From assembly GCA_051294375.1 (NCBI GenBank), contig JBJCIZ010001459.1, forward strand, positions 1-18,550: 18,550 nucleotides of DNA, written 5' to 3'. Every line of letters starts with the position of its first letter. Within the stretch, counting starts at the first letter, position 1. Both the position numbers and the translations under genes were made by a program. Below the pieces are notes generated by a model. It had not been told where the DNA came from. It searched no databases and was given only the letters and a program-made list of their open reading frames with translations. Origin of the DNA: Paraspadella gotoi. Its lineage: Eukaryota; Animalia; Chaetognatha. Positions 10,401 through 18,550 of this stretch are shown piece after piece.

Positions 10401-10727
10401 CGACGAGCAACTGTACAACCTCCTCTAGTGCCTCCATACGAGGGACCCTACCGTGTAATAAATCGTAATGGATTAAACATGACAATCGAAATACCAAGTA
10501 CGGGACGCGAGACCGTAAACATAGCCAGAGTCAAGCCAGCTTGGGTGAGTAACGAGGAACTGGATGTCGAGGAACTTGAACCACGCCCGAAGAAAGCGCC
10601 TGGCCGTCGACCAGGCCTCAGAACAAGGCAAACGGAAAGTGAGGAATGGAATCGCGAATCGAAATGTAAGCCGAGGATAAACGCGAGAATGTCGGTGGAA
10701 TGTCAATATGGAGAATCTTGCAGTTAA
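7395..10727 (+). CDS. pol: Pol polyprotein: aspartic protease, reverse transcriptase, RNase H, integrase (expressed as Gag-Pol by frameshift at ~7374)
   Basis: PR: WLVDGGA and ILGADFL. RT: WRCCGDYRRLN, PFGLKNAG and YLDD (8382-8393). RNase H: TDAS, DKEL, TDH, ADALSR. Integrase: HHCC (HGLGH...CVDC), D,D35E core (NLDLV, TDRGSQF, GLVERF) and GPY motif (YEGPY). The last ~30 codons may be non-element read-through. Confidence 0.97.
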   Translation: MNAVPQEPTHSPASNDLLFIRDAGDKTKWLVDGGALLSIVPPTSQQRSQGPDPSMKLQAANGSPIACYGTMDRVVQLGDRKFNYQFVVADVRQNILGADFLAENFLAPNHRDGLLLDLRDYSTIAASMATETSAHVNFVDRKGEKYYKLLESFPSLSTPTFELKAPKHGVTHSIPTEGRPCQSRARRLDPEKLAVAKRELEKMVSLGVAKRGKSEWSSPLHVVAKPDGGWRCCGDYRRLNAQTIEDRYPVKLLTDFNSQLEGKTIFSKIDLLKGYHQIPVDPKDVQKTAVITPFGLYVFPRCPFGLKNAGQDFQRLMDEILGDIPHTFVYLDDILVASSSPDEHMQDLERVFKALDENGLVVNTKKCLLGQDSLEFLGFLVDKNGVRPLPERVQTLKETTRPTSIKELQRFLGMINYYRRFIPGVAHRCAPLYEALSGKPKALEWTDDCEKAFEAIKEGLISAALLHHPRTGAQLCVTTDASDNAVGAVLEQRGPKGWEPLAFFSAKLAKNQKLWPPFDKELYGAFRAVRHFRHWVEGRAFTLYTDHQSLVSAIRKKAEPQTVRQSYQLSVIAEFTTDVRYLKGKANVVADALSRPNTSSAPSIGTNDTENEAKTNSTAAATPAATSAAEGEQQAEEKQRQSIKPNRLEDVNAVISSLTNFEIDFEQMAREQTLDADFQKIAEDARSGLNFRKIRVGDQELLADVSNGPARPFVPASWRRKIFDVIHGLGHPGIDATRKAVAAKFVWTNMRQDVSNWARDCVDCQRAKITRHVVPEIGEFKIPPRRFQHINLDLVKMPKSNGFSHLLTIVDRFSRWPTAIPIHDTLTPTILDALSLNWISTFGTPAVITTDRGSQFNSTLWRQLMKHWGIKHQMTTAYHPQANGLVERFHRRLKESLMALVKGERERWFWKLPLTLLAIRTTVKEDVGASAADLVFGEGLSVPGSLLGDAQVDNNSLNQQRRSQLSKLRIEVARLQPTPTSAHQQPTIHLPANLDSAQYVFVRRATVQPPLVPPYEGPYRVINRNGLNMTIEIPSTGRETVNIARVKPAWVSNEELDVEELEPRPKKAPGRRPGLRTRQTESEEWNRESKCKPRINARMSVECQYGESCS

Positions 10728-11182
10728 GTTAAGCGCGAAAAATGGAGGATTTCGGAGCAAAAAAAAAAAGTTATGTTCCGAAAAAACAAAAACAAAAAAA
10801 TAATTTCTTCGTCGCTTTGCGCTTTCAACTCCCAGACTTTCCTCAATCCCACCCAGTTGTCCCTTTTCCATGTTTTTTCCCTTTTCCTTCCATTTCATTT
10901 TCACTTCTTCCTTTCTCCTTCCATTTTTCTTTTGTTTTAGTACTTCTTTTCTCTTAAAATATTTTTGAGTTTTCATTAATTGACGACAGAAATAACGCAA
11001 GAAAAAAAAGAATTTGAGCGGTAACTACGCCTTGTTAAAAAAATATCTTACTATATTGTTTTGGTTCTTCATCGATAGCTTATAAGATTATTTAATTTAA
11101 TATTTAATATTTAATTTAACAACAACACGAACTCTCAATAAAGAAAAAATACATTGGATCGATGGGCGGTATATTCAAACCG

Positions 11183-11213
11183 CCACGTCACATCGTCAGC
11201 CAATCCATTGGCT
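11183..11213 (+). promoter_or_regulatory. Putative U3 promoter elements of the miniature LTR (CACGTCA and inverted CCAAT pair)
   Basis: CCACGTCA at 11183-11190, then AGCCAAT-CC-ATTGGCT at 11198-11213. Similar sequence is present in the second LTR. Both lie upstream of the ribozyme. Confidence 0.4.
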
Positions 11214-11276
11214 CAGAGGGAAACACCATCCAGGGCGTAGTGTTCCATGTCCACAGTCCAACGACTTTCCCTCTGC

Positions 11277-11356
11277 GTTGCAAAGCGAGGACTCCTAGGT
11301 AACCGCGCCAGTGACTGGAGGCGTGCACTGAGGGTCGGAAGCCCCTAAAAGCCAAC
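11277..11356 (+). ncRNA. Twister ribozyme candidate, type-P5 permutation (copy 1)
   Basis: P4 AGGG/CCCT encloses loop TCGGAAGC (twister-type UNNNAAGC loop). TAA-CCGC-GC gives the U^A cleavage site (11300/11301), P2 and the T2 GC. P3 is CAGTG/CACTG and P5 is GTTG(G)C/GCCAAC. The T1 partner is partly eroded in this copy. Confidence 0.65.
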
Positions 11357-11413
11357 AGTGAAGATGCCCCCATTCCCAATGGCGCATCAAGGCAACCGGC
11401 TGTTGCCATAAGT

Positions 11414-11422
11414 TGGTGAGCC
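11414..11422 (+). other. Primer-binding site of the miniature element
   Basis: TGGTGAGCC lies 3 nt after the 5' LTR. It shares TGGTGAG and a downstream ATCGAA with the Gypsy PBS region at 6118-6137. Confidence 0.7.
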
Positions 11423-11444
11423 TCTATCGAAACGCAACCTTCTA

Positions 11445-11541
11445 GGTACGCTACGACAAACGCTATGCCCTGCGACTTCGGGTACGCTGACGACAAACGC
11501 CTGATGCCCTGGGGTACGCTACGCAAAAGCGGCCTGTGCCC
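11445..11541 (+). repeat. Three tandem ~30-36-nt units inside the miniature element
   Basis: Units start GGTACGCT at 11445, 11481 and 11513 and continue ACG(A)CAAA..GC..TGCCC. Confidence 0.85.
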
Positions 11542-11634
11542 ACAACTCGCACCTCTCTCTCTCTCCCATATGTAACAGTTTGTCGACACCTCTCAGGCTG
11601 AGGATACCTGAGTGATGTCTTGGCCCGGGGATCC

Positions 11635-11890
11635 TGTGGCGTTATTATTCAGAACCGCGCCTCACGTCCACCATCCGTCAGCCAAATCCATTGGCTCAGA
11701 GGGGGAACACACCATCCCAGGCGTGTGTTTTCATCCACAGTCTAACGACTTCCTCTGCTTGGCAAAAGCGAGACCGTCCTAGTGGTTAACCGCGCCAGGA
11801 CTGGAGGCGTCACTGAGGTCGGAAGCCCTAAAGCCAACGTGAGATGCCCCATCCCAATGGGCATCACAGGGCAACCGGGCTTTTGCCATA
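11635..11890 (+). repeat. 3' LTR of the miniature element
   Basis: Starts TGTGGCG after GGGGATCC and ends TTGCCATA. Direct repeat of 11163-11410. Confidence 0.88.
11759..11838 (+). ncRNA. Twister ribozyme candidate, type-P5 permutation (copy 2)
   Basis: In order: TTGGC (P5), AAAA, GCG (P2'), AGA-CCG (conserved GA plus T1 strand pairing loop CGG), CC-TAGT-GG (P1), T^AA (11787/11788), CCGC, GC, CAG-GAC/GTCACTG (P3), AGG-TCGGAAGC-CCT (P4), AAA, GCCAA (P5'). Confidence 0.7.
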
Positions 11891-11921
11891 ATACCAACTA
11901 ATGTTTCTTTCTTTCTTTCAG

Positions 11922-11966
11922 TCAGCTTCAGCGATTTCCCAACCCTACGATCGTTATGAGATTAAA
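11922..11966 (+). other. Possible 45-nt host exon
   Basis: CTAAT branch-like motif (11898-11902), pyrimidine tract, CAG acceptor, 15 open codons (SASAISQPYDRYEIK), then a GTAAGT donor at 11967. Confidence 0.3.
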
Positions 11967-14900
11967 GTAAGTCTTATTAATATATTTAATTTGATGAAAG
12001 TATTTCCTTTTACCCGCCTATTTTGTTTTTTTTTTTAGTTTTCCGCTTAAATGTTCCTAGTTTTCCTCTTTCCTGGTGTTTTACTTATTAGATCTGATGA
12101 TTTTCTTATTATTTTCCTTTACATATTAGTTTGTCTCGCGTCATCTTTTTTCTTCCGTTTCTTTTTTCTACTTAATTTTAAGAATGTTTTTTATTGTTTG
12201 TTCCTGCGTACTACATGAGCAATTACTTGTAAGGAGACAGATTCTTAGAATAAGGCTAAATTGAGATGAGATTTTCATCAATCTCATTTTCAAGTGGTGG
12301 TGGTCATTTTTGGGTCCAATTGATTTACGTTGAGTGCCACTTCTTTTATAAACATTAAGAAAGTTATTTATTTTTAAAAAAATTCTCCCTATAGTTCTTT
12401 TTTCTTTATTTCCTCTCGCTCCCCAGAGTGTCGCCTCCTTTAGTTTTTTTTTCTCCGTTACATAACCAAATAACTTCCATCATCTCTCCGTCATACAGTT
12501 TTTGAGTCGGTGGAATGAGACTAAAACGACTTTCGCTCGAAGGAGAATGGAAACCTTCTTTCTCATAAAATCCGTCTCAACCAAAAATGAAAAAAAAAAC
12601 TAAAAGAAAAAACGGGTTTGTCCTTCCGTAAATAACTTTATCCTGCGCCCATCATTCCCTTCTGTCGCCATCTGCTCTCGCAAATACTGTGTCACTGTTT
12701 TTTGTTTTTTTTTCAACAGATTGTGTTCCTTTTCTCTATTTTGGTTAGAAAGGTTTTTGTTCCTTTTTTGTTTTTCTCTGTATTTAGAATTTATTGGTCT
12801 TTGTTTTTGCTTCTTTTTTTTTAGGTTATTTCGTGGTTATTTAATAAAATTTATATTTATATAAGTATTAAAAATAAGTATTCTCTTCCCGTTGGGGATT
12901 TAACTCCTGTCGAGTTATTGACGATGTAGAACTTGAAAAACTCAAATTCCGAACCCTTGTGAAATATCAAAAAAAAATTTAAAAGGTTGCCTTTTAAACG
13001 TGCTTCATTTAAGTGTAGTAATTGATTTTTTTTTTTTAATTCTAGTTTTCCGAAACGAACAGACCGTTAACACTTAAATTTTTCAAAACGTAAGCGGTTT
13101 CTTTTTCTTTTTTTCAGCTTTCATTTTTTTAAACTTTCGTTTTTCAACGAAATTAATTTTTTTCACATCTCTTTTCCACCGAATTACATTAAAACTGCAT
13201 TCGACCTTCGAGATTTTTCCGATTTTTCCGCTAAAACGTTAACATCTTTTTCGTTTTTTTTTTACTTATTAACTTTATATTTTTTAACGTGTTGTTCCCC
13301 AATTATTATATAATAATTTAATAATAATAATTAAAAATAATAATAGGTAATAATGATAAAAATAATAATAGATCATTAGATAGAATAATAATAATTAGAA
13401 TAAGGTAATTCCAATAATTTTAATTGGTTTTATGCCTTTCTATTATGATCAGTAAAAAAAAAAAATTGACAAATTTCTGTCTATGACTTAAAAAAAAAGA
13501 GGCAATGCCTGAGTATAAATGTTAGCGTTACCATAATGATAGTATTTACTTTTTTTTTCGATTTGCAAGTTTTGGTCTTGACTAAAAAAAAAATGGCAAT
13601 GGCCTAGTGTAATGATAATATTCATCATGATTTTTCATTGATATATTTAATAAAAATTTTTTTCCCCATTCCTACCTAGTTATTGATCAATTCAATCCGA
13701 AAGTTTCCTGTTCGCTTGTTACAGGTTTGTTTAATTCTATTCATACCCTGGTTTTCATTTTTAAAACACTTTAACAGAGGGATATTCATAGTTTGCTCAA
13801 AATCATTGAATTTATTTTTTCTATCCAAGTATATTAGTATGAATGATTAGATATATTCTTAGTAAAGGGAAAATAAAGGACTAGCCTCTGCTTCCCTTAA
13901 CTCCTCTCGACCGAGTCCCACGATTCTCGCCCGCGACTCTCCTCAACGCCCTCTCCAGTCTCCACGCCTCCCGCGTCGACTCTCCCCCTCCTCCTCGAAA
14001 TCTTTCGCCTCCCAGAGGAAATCGTCCGGTGTGCCTTTGAGAGAGATTGAGAGAGAGAGCGGCGTTAAACAGCAGACTTGACAAGCCGAGCGCAAAAATC
14101 GTCTCTAATTAAATCGCGCGTCGACCAATCGAATTTCTTTTTTACCATAATAATGATGATGATGATATGATGGATGATTACTGTTGATATTAAAGATGTG
14201 ATGATTGTTGTGATAACGCTGATATAACGATGATGTTGATTTATGATGAATACTATGATACGATAATTTTGTTGTGAATTACGATGATAATAAGGTGTGT
14301 GATTATGACGAAGACAACGATGGTGTTAATTTTGATAGTTTGAGCAAAATATTAACGATGGTGAGTGATGACCGAAAATTGCTGTTGTTGACGATGACGA
14401 TTCTTGAAAATGATTTTGTAGTCGTCGTCGTCATTGTTTTCTAGATTTGACTTCAAACTTCGGAAGAAAAACAATCAACCGACTTTCCTCTTTCTTTTTT
14501 TTTTTTCTTCTCTTAATCACGAGTTCATTAAAGTCGATGTGGACAAATTTCTTTTTCATCTCAGAGTTTTCTTTATTCCTCGTTCTTCTTTCTTTTTTTC
14601 CCTTCCCCCCCGGCCCATCTCCCCTCTCTATTTTTTATCTTTTTTTCTTTTCAGATTCTGACTCCCACATCACTCTTTCTTTCTCGCCTCAGATTCGAAG
14701 GCCTTTTCAGTCCTCACTCATATTCTCGCTTTTCAATTTCCTTTTTATTCCCTGAGGAATTTTTTACTAATTGTAATGATTATATCATGATTCTTCATTA
14801 ACACATAATTATAATCGCCATCATAGTGATCATACCATCACCGCTCATCACAACCATCATCTAAATCCATCATCACAATAATCATCATTATCAATCTTTC

Positions 14901-15942
14901 TCTCAGCAACGCATCATAGATGGATCATGATCATAACCATCACCATCAACAACCATCCATTTGTCATCATAATCATCATATCATATCATCATTCCTCGTC
15001 ATCATGTCATGCATCACGGACTGAGTTTCCCAGATCCTTTTCTTTTTCCTCACTTGTCGAAGTCTGTCAACCAAAGTTCTCCTTCTCTTTCTCCTTCTCT
15101 TTCTCCTTCGTCTCTTTTCCCTTGCTCCGCCTCCTTCTAAAATTGGCAGAATTTTTTTGAGCGAATTCAAACTCACCTGAATTGTTTTTAATGTGACGAG
15201 ATATTGGTATATAATCTTGTTTATTTCACAGATCACTAATAAATGTACAATGTACATTGTACATCATGAAATATCTACGCGATAGAAATAAGTAGAGGAC
15301 TTCAGAATAGCCAATCCAGTGGCTACTTAAACATTAATAGCGTTAATCGTTATTATTACTTAAATTGTTTACCCCCCCCCACCATCTCTCAACCCTTTCC
15401 CCCACCTTCCGGATCGACAGCAACATCGAGAGAGGTTCTACTTCAACGGTCTCGAGGAAAACCAACTACGAAGTCTTCGTCACTTCGTCCGTCAATTTCG
15501 GTCTCCTCTGAGTCCGCGCCTCGGTCAAGATTGCCTTCAACACCGATCCACGGGTTGGCAGAGAAACTGGGGGTGGGGAGGGGTGTTCGGAGGTCGGTCG
15601 GTCGGTCTTTCGAGATTAAACAATGGAGAGACGATCGTCTTTGGAGAGTTTGAAACTGTTTGTAAATTGTAATCAGCTGAATTCAGTGGGATAAATCAGA
15701 TCCGTTTCCGTTTCTCTCTTTTGCCATTGTGGCAAGAGTGAAGTATTTGTGCCTTTTTCAATATCTGTTCCCGCTAGGGGGTTCGATTTTGACGGACAGT
15801 TGGATTAATTAACAGATCCGTTCGTTCGTCATTTTGAACGAAAGCGGAGCGTGAAAATAAAAATTTCTTAAAAAATTTAAAAAAGGAGGGATGCTTGAAT
15901 GAATTTCCGTAGGAGCTTAAAATCATAGAATTTCAGTATAAT

Positions 15943-15976
15943 CTCTCTCTCTCTCTCCTCTCTCTCCTCTCTCTCT

Positions 15977-16007
<31 letters not shown>

Positions 16008-16021
16008 TTCTCTCTCTCTCC
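15943..16021. repeat. (CT)n microsatellite, interrupted
   Basis: Direct inspection. Confidence 0.95.
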
Positions 16022-16292
16022 TTTCATTATCATCCAATCAAGTTCCTAACTTGGCAAGGTTTCTTATAAGAAGGTTACGAGTGTCGAATTCCACGCGGCG
16101 CGGAGCCAACAATTCCCGCAACTTGTGTCCAAACGACAAAGTAATTAGAGTTGGTTTTCTAAGCGGCTTTTCCTAAATGAAAATGCCGGAGACGAAGAAA
16201 AATAAAAACGTCTTCCTTCTCATTGAGTCGCTCATCCTTAATTTTTTGTTGATTTTCTCCTCTCGCACTTTAGTCCTCTTTTTTGACTCTCT

Positions 16293-16326
16293 TCTCTCTC
16301 TCTCTCTCGCTCTCTCTCTCTCTCTC
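16293..16326. repeat. (CT)n microsatellite
   Basis: Direct inspection. Confidence 0.9.
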
Positions 16327-17071
16327 CAGTTTAGCACCGAAAGGTCGCTGGTTCCACTTGAAAGATCAAGATCATTTTCAGTATAAAAAAAAATGGGTAA
16401 AAATCAATCGAGGCAAAGCAAGGGTGATTGTAACAAATTCCTAATTTAAAAATTACTAATCGACAAAGAGAAGATGAGAGGAATGGATATCTCTGTCGTT
16501 CTTTCTACTGAATATATGTCGGGAACTAACTCTTTGTGGAATCGCGAATAAACTTGTTTAATTATTCTCAACTCGTCTGTGTATAATTCCTATATCTTTT
16601 TCTAGTTATGAGTTTTTAATACCCCAACCAATCAAAAGATCTAATCTTCTCCCATTAATCCTTTTTTTTCAAATGATTTCCATATCACCCTTACCTTTTT
16701 TCTCTCCTCTCCTTTCACCCGCTCAACCACACCAATTCCCCACCCTTGCACCCCGGTCTTCCACACCCACACCCCACAGCGAAGCGCACGACTCCCACCG
16801 CTTCCCTGGGACGACGCCCGGGCACTTGAGCGCGGCCGAGATCCGATCCTCTGCGTGGTCATCGTCCCTGTGGAGGGAATCCCATCCTCTACTTTATCCA
16901 CAATGGTGACGAATTCGAGCTGCAGCCAATGGAGCCCCAAGTACATCGCACAATGCCGGAGAACCAAATGATACAGGGTAAGTGGAACCAACACCTCAAA
17001 ACAACCAGACGAAATGGACGAGTACATTATTTTATATTCATTGGGATTTATCATTTTATTAATTTAATATA

Positions 17072-17747
17072 TGTGTGGCTGCCATTCGGAGCTTGGGCCA
17101 CGGTGACGGAGGGCGGACAACTTCATGACACGTTGCTAAGACGTTGCACGATGAGATAAGTCTCTGAGATAAGACGTTGCAGGGAAAGGGTGGCACGAGT
17201 ACAGATTATTATTTGATCCACATTAATATGATATTAGTCTCATGGATTCCATTGACTGTTGTTTATCGATTTAATTGATTTGTTTCGAATTAATAATTCT
17301 TTGATTCAATTGTGTTTTTATCTTTGACTAATGTATTAATTACATTTTGAGCTTGTGCATATCAAGTTAGTAACAAAACCAATGAAAACTCATCATTTTG
17401 CAATGTCTATAGGTAGTGATAAGATTTAACTATTGTTCTTAAAAGAGTCGTTCTTGTCATCAAGAGTTAAAACAGGCAGATATTAAGCAGCAAATCAGAT
17501 AAAAGTTAAACAGATCAGGGAACAAATGATTACACCAGGAGACATCTTTATGTAGATTAAGTGAGATTTTTGGAAACAAAGGTTTCATGTGATGAGTTAA
17601 AGTTTATATAGAACATTCTTGAATCCAAATATGTGGCCGTGGCTGGTTGGCCAGGACGTCAGTCTTTGGTGTCCCAGGCTTGAGTCCGGTTCCATTCCGG
17701 TGTGGTAATAATTTTGCAATTGGAAATCGGTCGTTCAAATGGCCGCA
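17072..17747 (-). repeat. Inverted copy of the Gypsy LTR (solo or displaced 3' LTR, ~676 bp)
   Basis: Its reverse complement aligns end to end with 5466-6117. There is no PBS at its 3' end, and AGGGGCA precedes its 5' end on the minus strand. Confidence 0.9.
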
Positions 17748-18550
17748 TGCCCCTGTTTGAAATTATTTAAATATTAGTTTCAATAGAATGTTGTCGGTCC
17801 ATTTGAGTAAGTTTGTGTCATATATAAATAATAAATAATTAATAAATATGGTATATATTGGTAGAACATTCGAAATAGACTATTGACTGACTAACACTTA
17901 AAAATCGTAAAATTCAAAAATTTTTAAGAATTGAGAGAGAGAAAAAAAAAATACAACGAAATATATATAAAAAATTATACAAACAAATAAATGGTTCTCA
18001 GCAGTTTTGGAAATTTTTGCTGGGAGAGAATAGAGGAAGTACAGCTTCGGCTGCTGATTATCCAACATCGTTTTCATTTTTGTTGTTGTTATTGTTGTTT
18101 CGGATTGTTGTCGGCGCAGGCATTTCCTTTAGTACTATGCGTAAAAGTTGGGCGATGGTTGTTGTTTGTTATTTTTGTGGGATTTGTCTGTCATCTGTGA
18201 TTGTCTTGTTGTGTTGTTAGTGTTGTTATTGTTGCAGATCGTTTGCATTTTGTTCGGGGAGTTATTTCTCCGTTGCTGCTCGGAAATCTTTTACGCGTTG
18301 GCTCATTGTTTTGATTTTCGAGATTGTTTGTTGTTGTTGTTCTCTTTTTTTCCATTTGATGATGGATTTGTTGCGCGTGGAGGGCTTGGAGAAGAGGAGG
18401 CGGAAACGAGAGAGGTGAAGGTGGAAGGGGAGAGTCGGGGAGGGGGAAGGAGGAGTTCTGGAGGGGGAGAGGAGGAGAGGAGGAGTAGGGAGGAGGGAGG
18501 AGGAGATTCGGCGCGTTGATTTGATGAGCAGTTTTCGCCAGTTGTTGGCG

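Larger units (their letters stand above)
5466..10727 (+). mobile_element. Ty3/Gypsy LTR retrotransposon, CsRn1-like clade, 3' end truncated or rearranged
   Basis: Order is LTR (TG...CA), PBS, gag, pol with the Gypsy domain order PR-RT-RH-IN. The CHCC Gag knuckle and TGGTGA-type PBS are CsRn1-clade traits. No PPT or direct 3' LTR is visible after pol. Confidence 0.93.
11163..11410 (+). repeat. 5' LTR of the miniature element
   Basis: Aligns along its length with 11635-11890 (shared blocks include ATCCATTGGCTCAGAGGG, TAACCGCGCCAG, GACTGGAGGCGT, GGTCGGAAGCCC and TTGCCATAA). The left boundary is uncertain by a few bases. Confidence 0.88.
11163..11890 (+). mobile_element. Non-autonomous miniature LTR element (TRIM/retrozyme-like) with ribozyme-bearing LTRs
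   Basis: Two ~250-bp direct repeats flank a ~225-bp non-coding interior. PBS-like TGGTGAGCC lies just after the first repeat and a short G-tract (GGGGATCC) just before the second. Termini are TG(T)GGC...GCCATA. No TSD could be identified. Confidence 0.82.

Noticed and set aside
10728-11150. env gene or third ORF after pol
   Set aside because: The region is AT-rich low-complexity sequence, and its ORFs are Phe/Lys-rich artefacts.
11185-11215. CTGACGA on the minus strand as a hammerhead core
   Set aside because: No stem II followed by GAAA. Better explained as promoter-like or hairpin sequence.
11445-11541. CRISPR-like array
   Set aside because: The units are nearly contiguous with no unique spacers, there are no cas genes, and the context is eukaryotic.
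11188-11589. 133-aa minus-strand ORF across the miniature element
   Set aside because: Non-ATG start, no recognisable motif, and it lies antisense across an LTR whose second copy differs by frameshifting indels.
11163-11890. Cassandra-type 5S rRNA, SRP RNA or tRNA inside the small LTRs
   Set aside because: No 5S, SRP helix-8 or tRNA box A/B match could be made. The twister fold explains the conserved motifs better.
14150-15010. GAT-rich tract (14150-14430) and ATC-rich tract (14775-15010) as arms of an inverted repeat
   Set aside because: Complementarity is only compositional (degenerate trinucleotide repeats). No collinear alignment was found.
5466-17747. DIRS-like element or large DNA transposon bounded by terminal inverted repeats
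   Set aside because: The enzyme is a DDE integrase, with no tyrosine recombinase or transposase. The repeat has TG...CA ends and an adjacent PBS like an ordinary LTR, and the outer flanks show no TSD.

Overview
This is eukaryotic, repeat-rich DNA: a mosaic of GC-rich and AT-rich blocks and microsatellites with no confidently identifiable host gene. It contains three related retroelement pieces. (1) A Ty3/Gypsy LTR retrotransposon with CsRn1-clade hallmarks: 5' LTR 5466-6117, a tRNA primer-binding site, gag with a CHCC knuckle, a GGGAAAC -1 frameshift signal with a stem/pseudoknot, and an uninterrupted PR-RT-RH-IN pol. It has no direct-orientation 3' LTR. (2) An inverted copy of that LTR at 17072-17747. 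(3) The main discovery: a ~730-bp non-coding TRIM-like element (11163-11890). Its two ~250-bp LTRs each carry a sequence that folds by eye into a circularly permuted (type-P5) twister self-cleaving ribozyme, and its LTR termini and primer-binding site resemble those of the neighbouring Gypsy element. This looks like a twister-based LTR retrozyme: a parasite predicted to release a ~487-nt, potentially circular, RNA mobilised by CsRn1-type Gag/Pol. A separate hammerhead-like core sits at 1659-1730. All alignments and folds were done by eye and no database search was run. The repeat copies differ mostly by single-base indels, so sequence error is possible.
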